NCBI GenBank assembly: GCA_004431415.1
Contig: QPMI01000560.1
Span: forward strand, 372,001-436,000
Direction: 5' to 3'
DNA from: Cyanophora paradoxa CCMP329
Taxonomy: Eukaryota > Plantae > Glaucophyta
Length of the DNA stretch: 64,000 nucleotides
Shown: in pieces, positions 24,313 to 36,429 of the stretch
How the letters are laid out: each line of letters starts with the position of its first letter
Numbering within the stretch: the first letter of the stretch is position 1
Program-made: the position numbers and the translations under genes
Notes under the pieces: generated by a model
Seen by the model: only the letters and a program-made list of their open reading frames with translations
The model's database searches: none
What the model was told of the DNA's origin: nothing

Positions 24313-26281
24313 ATGCAGTGGTTGACCAACCTGATGCGGCGGTTCCGCCAGCCGACCAAACATGAGCTCATGATGGCCGCGGGCGTGACAGCCTTCGCGC
24401 TGATCTGCATCGTCATCATAAAACTCGGGCTCATCGAGTCCCTGCTGCTCTTCATCGTGAGCGCTTTTCATGGTTCGCCGCGCATTCTCAGCGAATGACG
24501 GCTACGCGTAGGATTCTATGCCGCAGGGCGTGCAGTTCCTGCTTATCGGGTGCGCATATGAGGCACCGGTGTGGTTGCGCGGTCCCCGCCGGCTCAGGGT
24601 CGCGACCTTGTGCAGGGGTCTGATTGCGCTCTTCTGCATCCTCCCGCTGCCCGGGTTCTTCACGGCCTTCTGGGGCGCCTCGGGGTCCGCATTCCGCCTC
24701 CGACTCTTGTGCTGCGTTAGCTTGAGGCGCCGCCGCGCAGCTTTATCCTCGGATTCTGGCAGGGGTGTCTAATCTCCAGCATCGGCACCATCGTCGGCTC
24801 GATGCTCGCGTTCGGCGCCGGCCGGAAGCTCGTGCGACCCCCGCCCTCTCCCCCCCTCCCCCCCTCCCGGCGCTCGCGCCGCCTGAGCCGCGCCGCAGCT
24901 TAGCAGCTACGTGGAGCGCAAGATCAAGGCGTACCCCAAGTTCAACGGTGCGCGCGTCGCTCCCGCAGCGCGAGCGACTCCTGACGGGCGCGCAGCCCTC
25001 AACCGGGCCATCCAGGAGGGGGGCCTGAAGGCGCGCCGCCGCCCGGGCGCCCCGCGCGCCCCTTCTGCCCTGAACCGGAGGCCCGGCAGGTGGTGTGGCT
25101 GTTCCGCATGGCGCCACTGCCCTACGCCATGGTCACCATACTGCTCTCGGCGACCCCGACCAAGGTGCCCCGCGCGACCCCCGGAGCGCCGCCCCCGCAG
25201 AGCCCGCCGCCCCCGCAGTTCTGGATGTTCGCCGTGGCGACCTCCGTGGACCCTGTCCGCCTTTTCGCCGACGTGTAAGCGCCGCCCCGCGCGCCGCCGG
25301 CGCCGACGCCGGCGCCGGCCCACGGGGGCGGGGCGCGGGGGGTCAGATACGTGGGGAGCCAGGCGCGGGACCTGCACGACCTGATCGCGGGGAAGGGGGA
25401 GATGACGGGCCCGGAGAAGTTCGCGCTGATCTTCGGCCTGGGCCTCGCCATCGGCGTCTGCGTCCTCATCTCCGTCTTCATCGCCCGCGCCATGCGCAAG
25501 TACAACCTCATCGCCGACCCCGCCGACGTCCGCCGCCGCCGCCGCCCCGCCTCCCGGACCCGCCCGAGCCGCCGCCGCGCAGCTCAAGGAGGAGAAGCTG
25601 AACCTCATGCGGGAGGACAGCAGCCAGAGCGTGCAGCAGGCGCGCCCCCGCCCCGCTCCGCTCCGCCCCACGCCGCCCGCCCCGCCACCCTCTGATTCTC
25701 CCGCAGTACCGCTTCGAGGTGGGGGACGGGGACGGGGACGGGGAGGCGCACGACGAGGAGACGGGGAACCCGCTCGTCCTCTCCGGCCGCTCCGTGCCGC
25801 TGGGGCCGGGGGGCGGGCGCGGCGCGGCGCCCCCCGGCGAGCCGGCGCACCCGCACATCGGCAAGAGCTACCTCAACGGGGGCCACGCCGGCCCCTCGCC
25901 GCCGACGCCGGCGAAGGGGCCCCGGCCCTCCCCGCCGCCCGCCGCGCAGCCCGAGCCCCGCCCTCCGCCGTGCCCAGCGCGGCAGCGGCGGCGGCGGCGG
26001 CGGCGGCGGCGCGGGGCCCGGCGGGGCCGACGCCGCCGCCGACCGCGGCGGAGGCGCTGCCCTTCACGACGTCGTTCAACTTCGGGGAGGGCCCGAGCCC
26101 CGCCCTCGCCGCCGCCCTGGCGAGCCTGAAGGAGCCCCCCGGCCCCCCCGCCTCCTCCTCGGACGCCGCCGCCTCCGCCTCCGCCCGCCGCCTCGCCCTC
26201 CTCGCCGGCAAGGGCTCCAAGTCCAACCTCGCCGCCCCCGCGGCCGACGAGGACTCCCCCCGCCCGCCCTCGCGCGGATAG
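24313..26281 (+). CDS. TVP38/TMEM64 (DedA/VTT, SNARE-associated) membrane protein
   Basis: Hydrophobic helices and the spliced motif [37 protein letters not shown]...YVGSQARDL. Confidence 0.8.
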
Positions 26282-26397
26282 CCCCCCCGGCCCGCTCCCC
26301 CGCCCCACCCCCCTCCCTCTCCTGAAAGCAACAGCGATGCGTAGTTATGCGTACTAGGACACGCGCGGCTCGCGATCGGGGGCTCCTGGCGTGGGCC

Positions 26398-27983
26398 CTA
26401 CTTGGGGAGCTCGGCCTGGAGGGTGGCGACGAGCTGCTCCTGGGTGTACTCCTTGGTGAGCACCGACTCGCCGAGGGCGCGCATGAGCACCAGCGAGAGC
26501 TGCCCGTCCGCCACCTTCTTGTCCACGGACATCGCCGCCAGGAACTGCTCCACGCTGAGCTCCTGCGGCGGCCGCGTCGGCAGCCGCGCGCGCTCGACGA
26601 TGGCCGTCGCGCGGTCCACGTCGGCCTGGGCGATCCAGCCGAGCTTGGCCGACATGCGCGCCGCCATGCACATCCCCGCCGCCACCGCCTCCCCGTGCAG
26701 CCACTCCCCGTACCCCATCCCTGCCCCGCCCGCGTCAGGCCAGCGCCGAGGGCTGAGCGGGGCGGCGGGTCGGGCGCGCCGTTCTCGATGGCGTGGCCGA
26801 AGGTGTGGCCGAGGTTCAACAGGGCGCGCATGCCCGTGCTCTCCGTCTCGTCCGCCTCCACGATCTCCGCCTTCCGCCGGCACGACCGCTCGACCGCGTA
26901 CGCCAGCGCCTCTGCCCCGGCCCGCCCGCTCAGAGGCGGGCGGACAGCGCTTGACGGCGAGGCACGTACCGGGGTCGCGCTGAAGGAGCTTGTCCATGTT
27001 CGCCTCGAGCCAGTCGAGGAAGGGCAGGTCGTTGATGAACGAGTACTTGATCACCTGCGGGCCCCGCCGTTTGAAAAGGAATCCGGGGCGGGGAAAAGGA
27101 GCGCGGGGCGCGCCTCGGCGATGCCAGCGCTGAGCTCGCGGTCCGGGAGGGTGTTGAGGCTGCTGGTGTCGACGAGGACGCACTGCGGCTGGTGGAAGGC
27201 GCCGATCATGTTCTTGCCGAGCGGGTGGTTGACGCCCGTCTTGCCGCCCACGGACGAGTCCACCATCGCGAGCAGCGTCGTCGGGACCTGGATGAACTTC
27301 ACGCCCCGCTGGTAGGCCGCCGCCGCGAAGCCGGTCATGTCGCCCACGACGCCGCCGCCGAGCGCGACAAGCGTCGTCCGCCGATCCAGCCGCTTCTCGA
27401 GGCACGCGGTGAAGATCTGGTCCAGCACCTGCAGCGTCTTGTACTCCTCGCCATCCGGCAGCTCGACGGTCTCGACCTTGAGGGTCCCGTCGGCGCGCAG
27501 CGTGTCGACGACCTTCTGCAGGTAGAGCGGGCCGACGGTCGTGTTCGTGACGATCAAGCACGTCTTGCCCTTCACGTGCTTGCGCAGCATCTCCGCGGCG
27601 CGCTTCGTGTCGCTCAGGATGTTGCTGCCGATGTAGATCGGGTAGCTACGCGCGCCGAGGCCGACCGTCAGCTCGACCAACTTCGAGCTGCTAGCCGACG
27701 CCGACGACGAGCACTGCAGGTCCATGGGCGCGGGGGAGGCGGGCTGGGAGCGCGGCGTGGGCCGGCTGGCGGTGACGAAGATATTGCTGCGGAACCGCAG
27801 GGAGCGCGCCTTCGGCACGAACTGGAACTTGCTGGCCGACTGCAGAGGCTGGTTCGGCCTCCGGACGTCCGCCGCGCGCACACTGGAGCGCTGGGCGCCG
27901 ACCACAGCCCCGGACGCGCTGCTCTGGACAAGCGAGCAGGGCACTGCAAACGCCGCGACGCTGCCGTTCGCGCTCGCCTGCAT
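26398..27983 (-). CDS. aroB: 3-dehydroquinate synthase with probable plastid transit peptide; 3 introns
   Basis: [78 protein letters not shown]; ~90-aa Ser/Ala-rich leader. Confidence 0.97.
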
Positions 27984-28084
27984 CTTGGTCGGTTCCTGGG
28001 ACGAAACGCGATACCCCTCTAACTAGGTCTGCTTGCGCGCGCGAATGGCCGAGCGAGCCGAGCGATAGCGACAGCGACAGCGAG

Positions 28085-30418
28085 ATGCCGAGGGAGCTCA
28101 TCACGATCCAGGTCGGCCAGTGCGGCAACCAGGTCCGCGCCGCCAGCGCCGACCAGCGCATCCCTCACCTGCGCGCCGCCCGGTGGCGCTGCACGCCGCT
28201 CGCAGATCGGCTGCCGCTTCTGGGATCTCGCGCTGCGCGAGCATGCGTTTAACACGAAGAACGCGACGTTCAACGAGCCCCTCTCGAGCTTCTTCCGCAA
28301 CGTCGACACGCGGTGCGCCGCGCCTGCTGCGGAAGCTTCGTACGTGTCGTCGACACCCCATAGCTGAGGCCTGCGCCGCTCCCGCCACGCCAGGTATGAA
28401 GACCCGCTCGATATCCCCGTCGGCGACGGGACGGGCAAAATCCGCACGCTCAAAGCGCGGGTGCGGCGGCGGCCGTGGCGCTCTCGCACGCTTCTTCTCG
28501 CCGCGCACGCGCGCTGCCGCTGAGAGCGGGACGCGGCAGGCGGTGCTCATCGACATGGAGGAGGGCGTGCTGAACGAGACGCTGAAGGGCCCGCTGGCGG
28601 ACCTCTTCGACACGCGGCAGCTCATCAGGGACGTCTCCGGCGCCGGCAACAACTGGCGCGCCGCCCCGCCGCCCCGCCGCCCGTCGCGCGTTGCGGCGGC
28701 GCTCACGCGCGCGGGCGCAGGGCGCACGGGCACGAGGTGTACGGGCGCAAGTACGAGGAGGAGATCGTGGAGAAGGTGCCTCCGCGCACCGCGCCCCGGG
28801 GCCCGGCCCGGCCGGCGGCGGCGGGGGTCCGACCGGGGCCTGCGGGGGGCAGGTCCGGAGGCCGGTGGAGTTCTGCGACTCGCTGCAGTCCTTCTTCCTC
28901 ATCCACAGCATGGGGGGCGGGACGGGCTCGGGCCTGGGGACGCGGGTGACGGGCCTCCTCGAGGAGCACTTCCCCGACGTGTACCGCTTCACGACGGCCG
29001 TCTTCCCCTCCGCCGACGACGACGTCGTCACCTCCCCCTACAACAGGCCCGCCCCGCCCCCGCCCGCGCGCACGCACGCCTCCGCCTGCGCCCCTGAGGG
29101 AGGCGGCGCAGCGTGCTGGCGCTGAACGAGCTGGCGGAGCACTCGGACTGCGTCCTCCCCATCGAGAACCAGGCCCTCCTCGAGATCTGCTCCCGCGCCG
29201 AGCAGCCGGCGGGGCCCTCCGCCGTCCGCCCCTTCCCCTCCTCATCCAGGGCCCCGGCTGACGCCGGCGGGGGCGGCAGGCGCCGATCAAGAGCACGATC
29301 ACGGGGGAGGGCGTCCCCTCCGCCTCGGGGGTCGCCCGCCCCGGCGCCCCCGCCCCCGCCTCCTCCTCCTCGACGAAGAAGCCGTTCGACGCGATGAACG
29401 CCATCGCCGGGCACCTCCTCATCAACCTCACCGCCTCCATGCGCTTCGAGGTCACCCGCCTCCCCAGCGCCCCCGGCCCTCCCAGCCACCTGCCTGACTG
29501 ACCGCCCCCAGGGCCCGCTGAACGTGGACCTCAACGAGATCACGATGAACCTCGTGCCCTACCCGCGCCTCCACTTCCTCGTCTCCGCCCTCGCCCCCCT
29601 CCACACCCTCGCCGACCTCAAGCGCACCCCCCGCAAGCGCGCCTCCCCCTCCTCTCCCGCCCTTCATCTCCTCCCTCGCCCCGCTGACGCTCGCGGGCAG
29701 CGTGGACTCGATGTTCAGCGAGGTGGTGTCGCGGGGCCACCAGCTGATCCGGGCGGACCCCTGGCGCTCGCGCTACCTCGCCTGCGGCTTCCTCGTCCGC
29801 GGCGACGTCCAGATCTCCGACGTCAACCGCAACATCGCCCGGCCCGCCCCGCTCCCCTCGGCTCGCTCTGCTTCTCTGAGGGGGCGCGGGGCAGGCTGCG
29901 GCCCGACATGGACATGATCTACTGGAACCAGGACGGCTTCAAGGTCGGCCTCTGCTCCGTGCCCCCGCAGGGCGCCGTGCGCTCCCCTCCCCGCCGCCCC
30001 CTCCGCCGCCCGCCCCGCCGCTCACGCTGCGGGGCAGCCGTACGCGGTGCTGTCGCTGGCGAACAACTGCTGCGTGGCGGGGACCTTCGGGGAGATGACG
30101 GCGCGCTTCCGCCGCCTCTACAAGCGCAAGGTCTACGTCCACCACTACACCCAGGTCCCCCCGAGCCCCGCCCAGCCCGGGGCGGGCCGCCCCTGAGCCC
30201 CGCTCTCCTTAGTACATGGAGGAGGGGCGGTTCGAGGACGCCCTCCACAATGTCGACCTCCTCGTCCAGGCCCGCCCGCCCCGCCTTCCTTCGCTTCATG
30301 CGCCTTCCCTGGCCCTCCGCTTGACGCATGAGCGCAGGAGTACGAGGAGCTGGCCCGGGCGGTGGCCCCCCCGCAGGCGCCCCGGCCCCCGCCCCCCGCC
30401 CCCTTCCCCTACTTCTAG
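28085..30418 (+). CDS. TUBE1: Epsilon-tubulin; ~13 introns
   Basis: [94 protein letters not shown]. Confidence 0.93.
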
Positions 30419-30487
30419 CGGGGCTGCACAGAGAAAAGAAATCAAGGAATAGGGTACAGGAAGCAAGCGAGGGGGGTGGGGTAGGGC

Positions 30488-31793
30488 CTAGAGGAGGGCG
30501 GCGAGCTCGTCGAGGCGGGAGAGGCGGTCGAGGGGCAGCGTGGGGGGCGCCCCCGGGCCGGGGAGGATGCGGGGGTTGAGGGCGGCGAGGACGCCCCCGG
30601 AGCCGACCTCGAGGAAGAGGTCGGCCCCCGCCGCCGCGATCGCCCGCACGCACGCCTCCCACCGCACCGGCTCCGTCACCTGCCGCACCAGGTGCCCCCG
30701 CACCGCCTCCTCCCCCTCCACGAAGCCGCCCGGCACGTTCATGGCGACGGGGGCGGCGCCCGGGGCGATGGGGAGGGCGGCGAGGAGCGGGGCGAGGGCG
30801 TCGGCGGCGGGGCGCATGAGGCCCGAGTGGAAGGCCCCGGCGACCTTCAGCGGGATAACCCGCTTGGCCCCCGCCGCGCGCGCCGCCGCCGCCAGCGCCG
30901 CCACCCCCTCCGCTGCCCCCGAGACCACCACCTGCGCCGCACAAGGTGTGAGGCGCGGCGGAAGCGCGCGGCGAGGGGCGGGGCGGGGCGGGGCGGGCCT
31001 GGCCGGGGCAGTTGAAGTTGGCGGCCCAGACGCGGGCGGCGGGCCCGGCGGCGGCGACGAGCTCGGCGACCTTCGCCTCGGGAGGCCGTGGACGGCGGCC
31101 ATGGCGCCGGCCTCGGCGCGGCACGCCCGCTCCATCAGCTCGCCCCGCGCCCGCACCACCGCCAGGCACTCCTCGAACCGCACCCGCCCCGCCGCCGTCA
31201 GCGCCGTGTACTCCCCTGCGCCGCCGCCGCCGCCGCGCGGGCATCTCAGCGCCGGCGGCGCGCGGGCGGGCGGTGCAGGGCCGGAGGAGGGGCGCGCCGA
31301 GGCTGAGGCCGGCGCAGGCGACGACGCGGAGGTCCGGGGCCGCCTCGCGCAGGGCCCGCAGCACCGCCATCGAGGCGACGTAGATCGCCAGCTGCGCCGC
31401 CGCCCGTCAGGCCCCGCGGCGAATTCGAACCCGGGCTCGGGGGCGGCGGGCCTGGCTGTTGGCGGTCTCCGTGAGGGCCTCGATGGGCCCCTTGAGCATG
31501 AGCTCGCCGAGGGGCCGCTGCAGGAGCGCCTCCGCCTCCTCCACCGTCCGCCGCGCGCACGCGAACGAGGCGATGAAGTCCGCGGACATCCCCACCGACT
31601 GGCTCCCCTGCCCGGGGAACAGCAGCGCCACCCGCTTCCGCGTGTCAGCTGCAGGCGCCGATGACAGCGCCCGCGTTCTCAGCGCCGGCGCCGCCAGCGC
31701 TCCGCCTGCAGCACGCGCGGCTCAGCGCGGCGGTACCGATCTCCGGCGCCGCGTTCAGGCGAGCGCACCGCATCGCAGCGCGCGGGGCAGCAT
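30488..31793 (-). CDS. fabD: Malonyl-CoA:ACP transacylase (FabD/MCAT), probably mitochondrial
   Basis: ALLFPGQGSQ, AGLSLGEYTAL (catalytic Ser), ANFNCPGQVVVSG, VAGAFHS, FLEVGSG; short Arg-rich presequence MLPRALRC. Confidence 0.93.
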
Positions 31794-33195
31794 CGCTCGT
31801 CCGGCGCCGGTCTCTGCCGATCGGTGAGCCCGTGTCGCACTGATTTTGTTCGCTGGACGAGCAGAAGGTCTGATGCCTTGCCTTGCTGGATCCGGACAGC
31901 TTGCGCAACAATCGCCGATATCGATGGGGCAGGATGGCCCGGATGGCCGGGTATGGACTTGGCAGGGATACCGGATTCGGACCTTGCGGCGCAGGATGAT
32001 GTTCATCGTACGCCGACGTCGACCGATGCGATCGAGACTGCGGCTGTCAGCTAGACATTCTCAGCCCCGTGGAGCCCTTTGGAGACCTTTCGGCCTGATG
32101 GTGCGGGGGGGTACGTATGTCACCAAAGCTGGGTACTGCGTGTATACCGGTAGCTGCGCAGAAAACGCGTTCGTACGGACTCGTGCCGTACTACGGTACG
32201 CATCCCATCGCTCGACCAGCAGGCGGTTGCAGACCAACGCTAGCTGCATCCCCCGGCCTGCGCTAGGTGGGAGTAGTACTAGTAGGTTCCGACGCAGCGC
32301 CGGGCCGGTCGCCGTCGCCGAGTCGCCGGCGAGTCCAGGACTCCAGGACGCCAGGACTCGCCGAGTCGTCGGCGAGTCGTCGTTCGACCGTCGACGTCGG
32401 ACGCCTAGGGTGACGCAACCGCGACCGTGGGCCTAGCCTATCGGCCGGCTAGGCCTGCAGCTGCTCACGATTGAGCTCTCAGCGGCCGGCCCGGCGGAAG
32501 CTGCAGCCGCAGCAGCTGCGCATATGCATGCAGCTGCAGGCGAACGGCAGCTGACAGTGAGATGGCGGTGGCCAGCTGCAGCTACGACCGTGCCCATCTT
32601 AATGAGGTGCGAGCTGAGCTGCTTCCCGAGTTCTCGCACTTCGAAATTCAGCCCGCATGCCCGGCGCGGCCCGCGCACGCGCGCCGCCGGCCGCGGGATT
32701 CGGCCCGGATCCGCTAGCCATAGAAGGACGGGGATGGCGGAAGGCACTGGGTCCGGCGCTGCATCGCCGCCGGCGCGAGCTGCCTAAGCTTCCGAGCCCC
32801 GCCAGCTGCAGGCGCCGCTAGAGGGAGCCGGCCCTAAATGATTTACACGCTACAGACCAGTCCGCTGACAGGCCGGCGCTTCGTGCGCGTGCGCAGCTCT
32901 TCTCTCTAATCGCGCGAGAATTGGCGCCGCCGCCAAGGGAGCCGCCCTGGGGGGTCTCGCTCGAGGCGGCCGGCAATGCCATCGCCATCGAGACGCGGTG
33001 AGCGCGCCGGCCTTGGAACGCGCCGAGGCAACTGCATGCATGTTACGTACATGCTTGTGCTCTGGTCGACGCATGCCCGCGCGCGGGCGGGATATGCGCA
33101 CAGGCAGAACTGGGAATCGCGGGATGCGCTTATCTATGCTTGACGCGCGCATACGCAGGGAGTGGCCTTCGAGTGATATATATCACCCGAAATGT

Positions 33196-33450
33196 ATGGC
33201 GTACCGTGCAACAATTCAGATGCCTGTGGACGTCGGCTTTTTTAATCGACACCTCATGTCGAGGTGCGGCGGAGTGAACGAGACCAAGGCGGCGGACGAG
33301 GTGCTGGCTGAGCTCGAGCCGCCGCACCCGGGCGACCCGGACGGCCTCGGCGCCGTCCGCATCCACCGCCACGTCAACTCCTACTTCGGCGCGTGGCCTT
33401 TCAGCCTCGAGCTCAAAGAGAGACTGAAGTCGAAGCTCAAGCAGTACTGA
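33196..33450 (+). CDS. Small (84 aa) intronless hypothetical protein
   Basis: ORF MAYRATIQ...LKQY with G/C-rich third codon positions in its 3' part and non-repetitive composition. Confidence 0.4.
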   Translation: MAYRATIQMPVDVGFFNRHLMSRCGGVNETKAADEVLAELEPPHPGDPDGLGAVRIHRHVNSYFGAWPFSLELKERLKSKLKQY

Positions 33451-34430
33451 CCGACTTCAGAGGCGGCTAAAGCTGAAGCTTAGATCTAGATCTAGAGCCG
33501 ATCGGGATCACGCGCTGGCGCTCACTGTGCATCAGGGTGGCGCATCGAGGGTCACTACCTCTACGCGAGTCGCCGGTGCGAGCAACCCCCCCCCCCCCTC
33601 ACCTCCCCCCCCCCTCCCCCGCCCCACCCCCCTACCTCCCCCTCAACTTCCCGCCCCCCACCCCCCCCCCCACCCCCCCGCGACATCTCATTTCACATCT
33701 TGTCTCAGGTTGCCCGACGGCTCGGGGATGGGTTGTCTGGCGCACGTTGTATTTGAGGAGGGCCGCTGGTACCCCCTCCCCTCACCTATAGGCATCCCTC
33801 CTTCCATTTTCCATCCTCCCCCCCCCCCCCCCTGGCCTCTCCATCAGCCCGCCCCACCCCTCACAACGTTCAAGTAACCGTACCCCCCAGGACTACGCGG
33901 CATATGATGGAGCACGTAAAGGCGCTGGTTGGGATGCGCACCAGCTGCCCGGAGGGCGAGATCGATCGCGAGGCAGGCTTCCGGTGCGCTGCAGCTGCCG
34001 ATCGGGGGGCGGCATGTACCCCCTATCCGCTCGCGCTCACCCGCGCGCGCACATGTGCAGGCTGAACACCTTCTACTTGGCTCACCGGAACCCTTCCTTC
34101 CTCGGATTCCTCCCCCACTACAGTCCGCACTTGAATTGACAATACTTGTTAAAACTGCATGCGCGCGCTTCTAAAGAGTGCGGCGCACCCTCGCAGTCGT
34201 CCGTCAGATTCTGTGCCGCACCATCGCGAAGTACCTGCTGGCGGTGAGTTGTACGGCACAATCTTGAGCTTATGATCAGCTGCGATGCAAGGAGGCGCGA
34301 TCGATGCCAGGGCTGCGCACACGCTAGATCCCTTGGCTTTCTGCTTTGACTACACTTCACCCCCGGCTCAGCGCGGCGCCGTCGCAGCTGCGGAGGAGCG
34401 TGGCAGCAGACTACGCGCGGCTGGGCGGCG

Positions 34431-36429
34431 ATGGCGGTGGCCATGGGCGGCCGGGGCTCGCCTCGTGGCGCCTGGAGCGGCCCTCGCCCATCTTCGCCTC
34501 CGGCTCGGCGTCGGCCCCGCTCCGCTGGAGCCGCGATCGAGGCGCCGGGCTGGCGCTCGGGCTGGCCTCCTTGGGCGCCTCGAGCCCCGCGCCCTCGGAG
34601 CCGGCCACCCCCTTCTCCCTGCACGCATGGACGCCGCCCCCCCCGGGCCCCTGGCGAGACGCGCTCAGCCCCGCCCCGTGCTCCACGATAGAGGGCGCCG
34701 CGTCGCCGGAGCAGCTCGACGAGGCGAGCGGCGGCCCGCCAGCACCCATGCCGGCGGCGCCCCGGTACAACGAGATCTTCTACGACCTCCTGGGCCTCCC
34801 GGTGAGAGCGCCGCCCGCGGCCCCCGCCCCGTGCCCTCCGGGACTCGATTTTGAGGCGCGTGCAGCCCCCAAAAGCGGATTCGGACAGTGTCCCCCCGGA
34901 TGGGCCCGCCTCCCTGAGCGAGGCGAGTGTCCGCTGGCCGCCTCGCGCCGCCCCCGCCGCCGCCGCCGCTTTCCCGTCCAACCGCTTTCCCGTCCAGACT
35001 TCGTCGCCGTTCGAGGCGGCGCTGGTGCCGGGGGCGGCGCTGATACGGCCCGAGCTAGAGGAGGTCAAACACGCGGCCTTCATCTCCAGGGTCCGCGCTC
35101 GCCGCCGCCGCGCCGAGCGATGTGTGTAGCGATGCAGGCTTCGAGCAGGCGGGCGCCGCGATGCAGGCGTCTCTCGACCTCTCGCTGCAGCTTGAGGCCA
35201 TGTCGCTCGCTGACGCACCCCCGGCCCCGTCGCGGGACGCCCCTCCGCGGCCTTACGTACACGTCGCCCCCGGCCCGTGGGCGTGCGGCAAGCTCAAGTT
35301 GGCGGGCGTCCGGCGCCGGCCCGAAGCCGAAGCCGGAGCCGGAGCCGGAGCCGACACGGAAGAGGAAGAGGACCCAGAGCTCGAGGCCACAAGTACACCT
35401 GGCGCCCGCATCGATCCCGACCTCGCTCTTGAGGGGTGCGCCCCCCCCGCCCTTCATCCCGTTCTCTCCCTCTCTCTCCCGCCCTCCCCCTCTCCTTCCC
35501 ATCCCCGCTTCATCCCATTTCCCATTCCCTCCCTCCCTCGCAAGATGCTTGCCATATCCTGTGCCCGTCCTTGGCGACCTCTGAGGCGGGGGGGCGCAGG
35601 CTCGACTGCGGGTTCGACTTGGATCCGGAGCGCACGCGTGCACAGAGCGGGGACTTCGAGCTCGAGGTATCACCGGTACCCCGTGCACAGGCGAGCGCGT
35701 ACCCCGAGAGGCTCCGCATCGCGATATCGATCTCCCGAGAGCTAAGTTCTCCTTGCAGAGCGCCGGCGGAGAGAAGACACCAGCACTGCGCCCGCTTGTC
35801 CCGCGCCCCGGCACGGAGCATTCGGGCTCGGTCCCTGAATTCCCGAAACGAGAGCGACCCAAGAGGAAAAAGAAGAAGAAGGGGGGAGAAGCCTACCGGG
35901 ACGGGGACTCGGGTCACGAGGTGAGCGCGTACCCCGAGTGCCTTGGATCCGCATGATGCCCCGCTTCCCCCCCTCCCCCCCCCCACCTGGACGCGCTAAC
36001 TTTTCGAATTCTTTGCAGAGTGAGGGTACGCCAGCGCTGCGCATGTGCCCGCTCGTGATCGTCCCGCGTCCCGGCACGGAGCATGGTACCCCGGTCCCGG
36101 AATTCCCGAAGCGGGCGCGGCCCAAGAGGAATGCTGCACGGCCCCCGAAGAAGCTGGAGCTGGACCTTCGGCGCCGCCCCCCAGTCCCGATCGTCTCCAG
36201 GCCTAGTCCCTCGCAGGGGTCGACGCCCCTTGGGCCGGCCGGGCCGGGGTCCCCGGCCGCGGGACTCCCCTTCGCCCACGGGCCCGCTCTCGTCCCCGGC
36301 CTCGAGCCGCCTCTCCCACCTGCAGCCGCCGGAGGCGATCTTCTTCCCCGCGCACCGCCGTTGACGTTGGCGCCCCCTATCTGGCTTGACTACAGACGAG
36401 AAGAGCCCCAAATCCTTTCGAGTCGATAA
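34431..36429 (+). CDS. Hypothetical multi-exon Pro-rich protein with a duplicated exon/intron unit; start uncertain
   Basis: Duplicated peptide VPRPGTEH..VPEFPKR.RPKR follows homologous introns at 35691 and 35921; ends WLDYRREEPQILSSR*. Confidence 0.45.

Noticed and set aside
11101-31793. Bacterial contamination or operon (lepA, aroB, fabD)
   Set aside because: All three have spliceosomal introns and organelle-targeting leaders, and are interleaved with tubulin and F-box genes.
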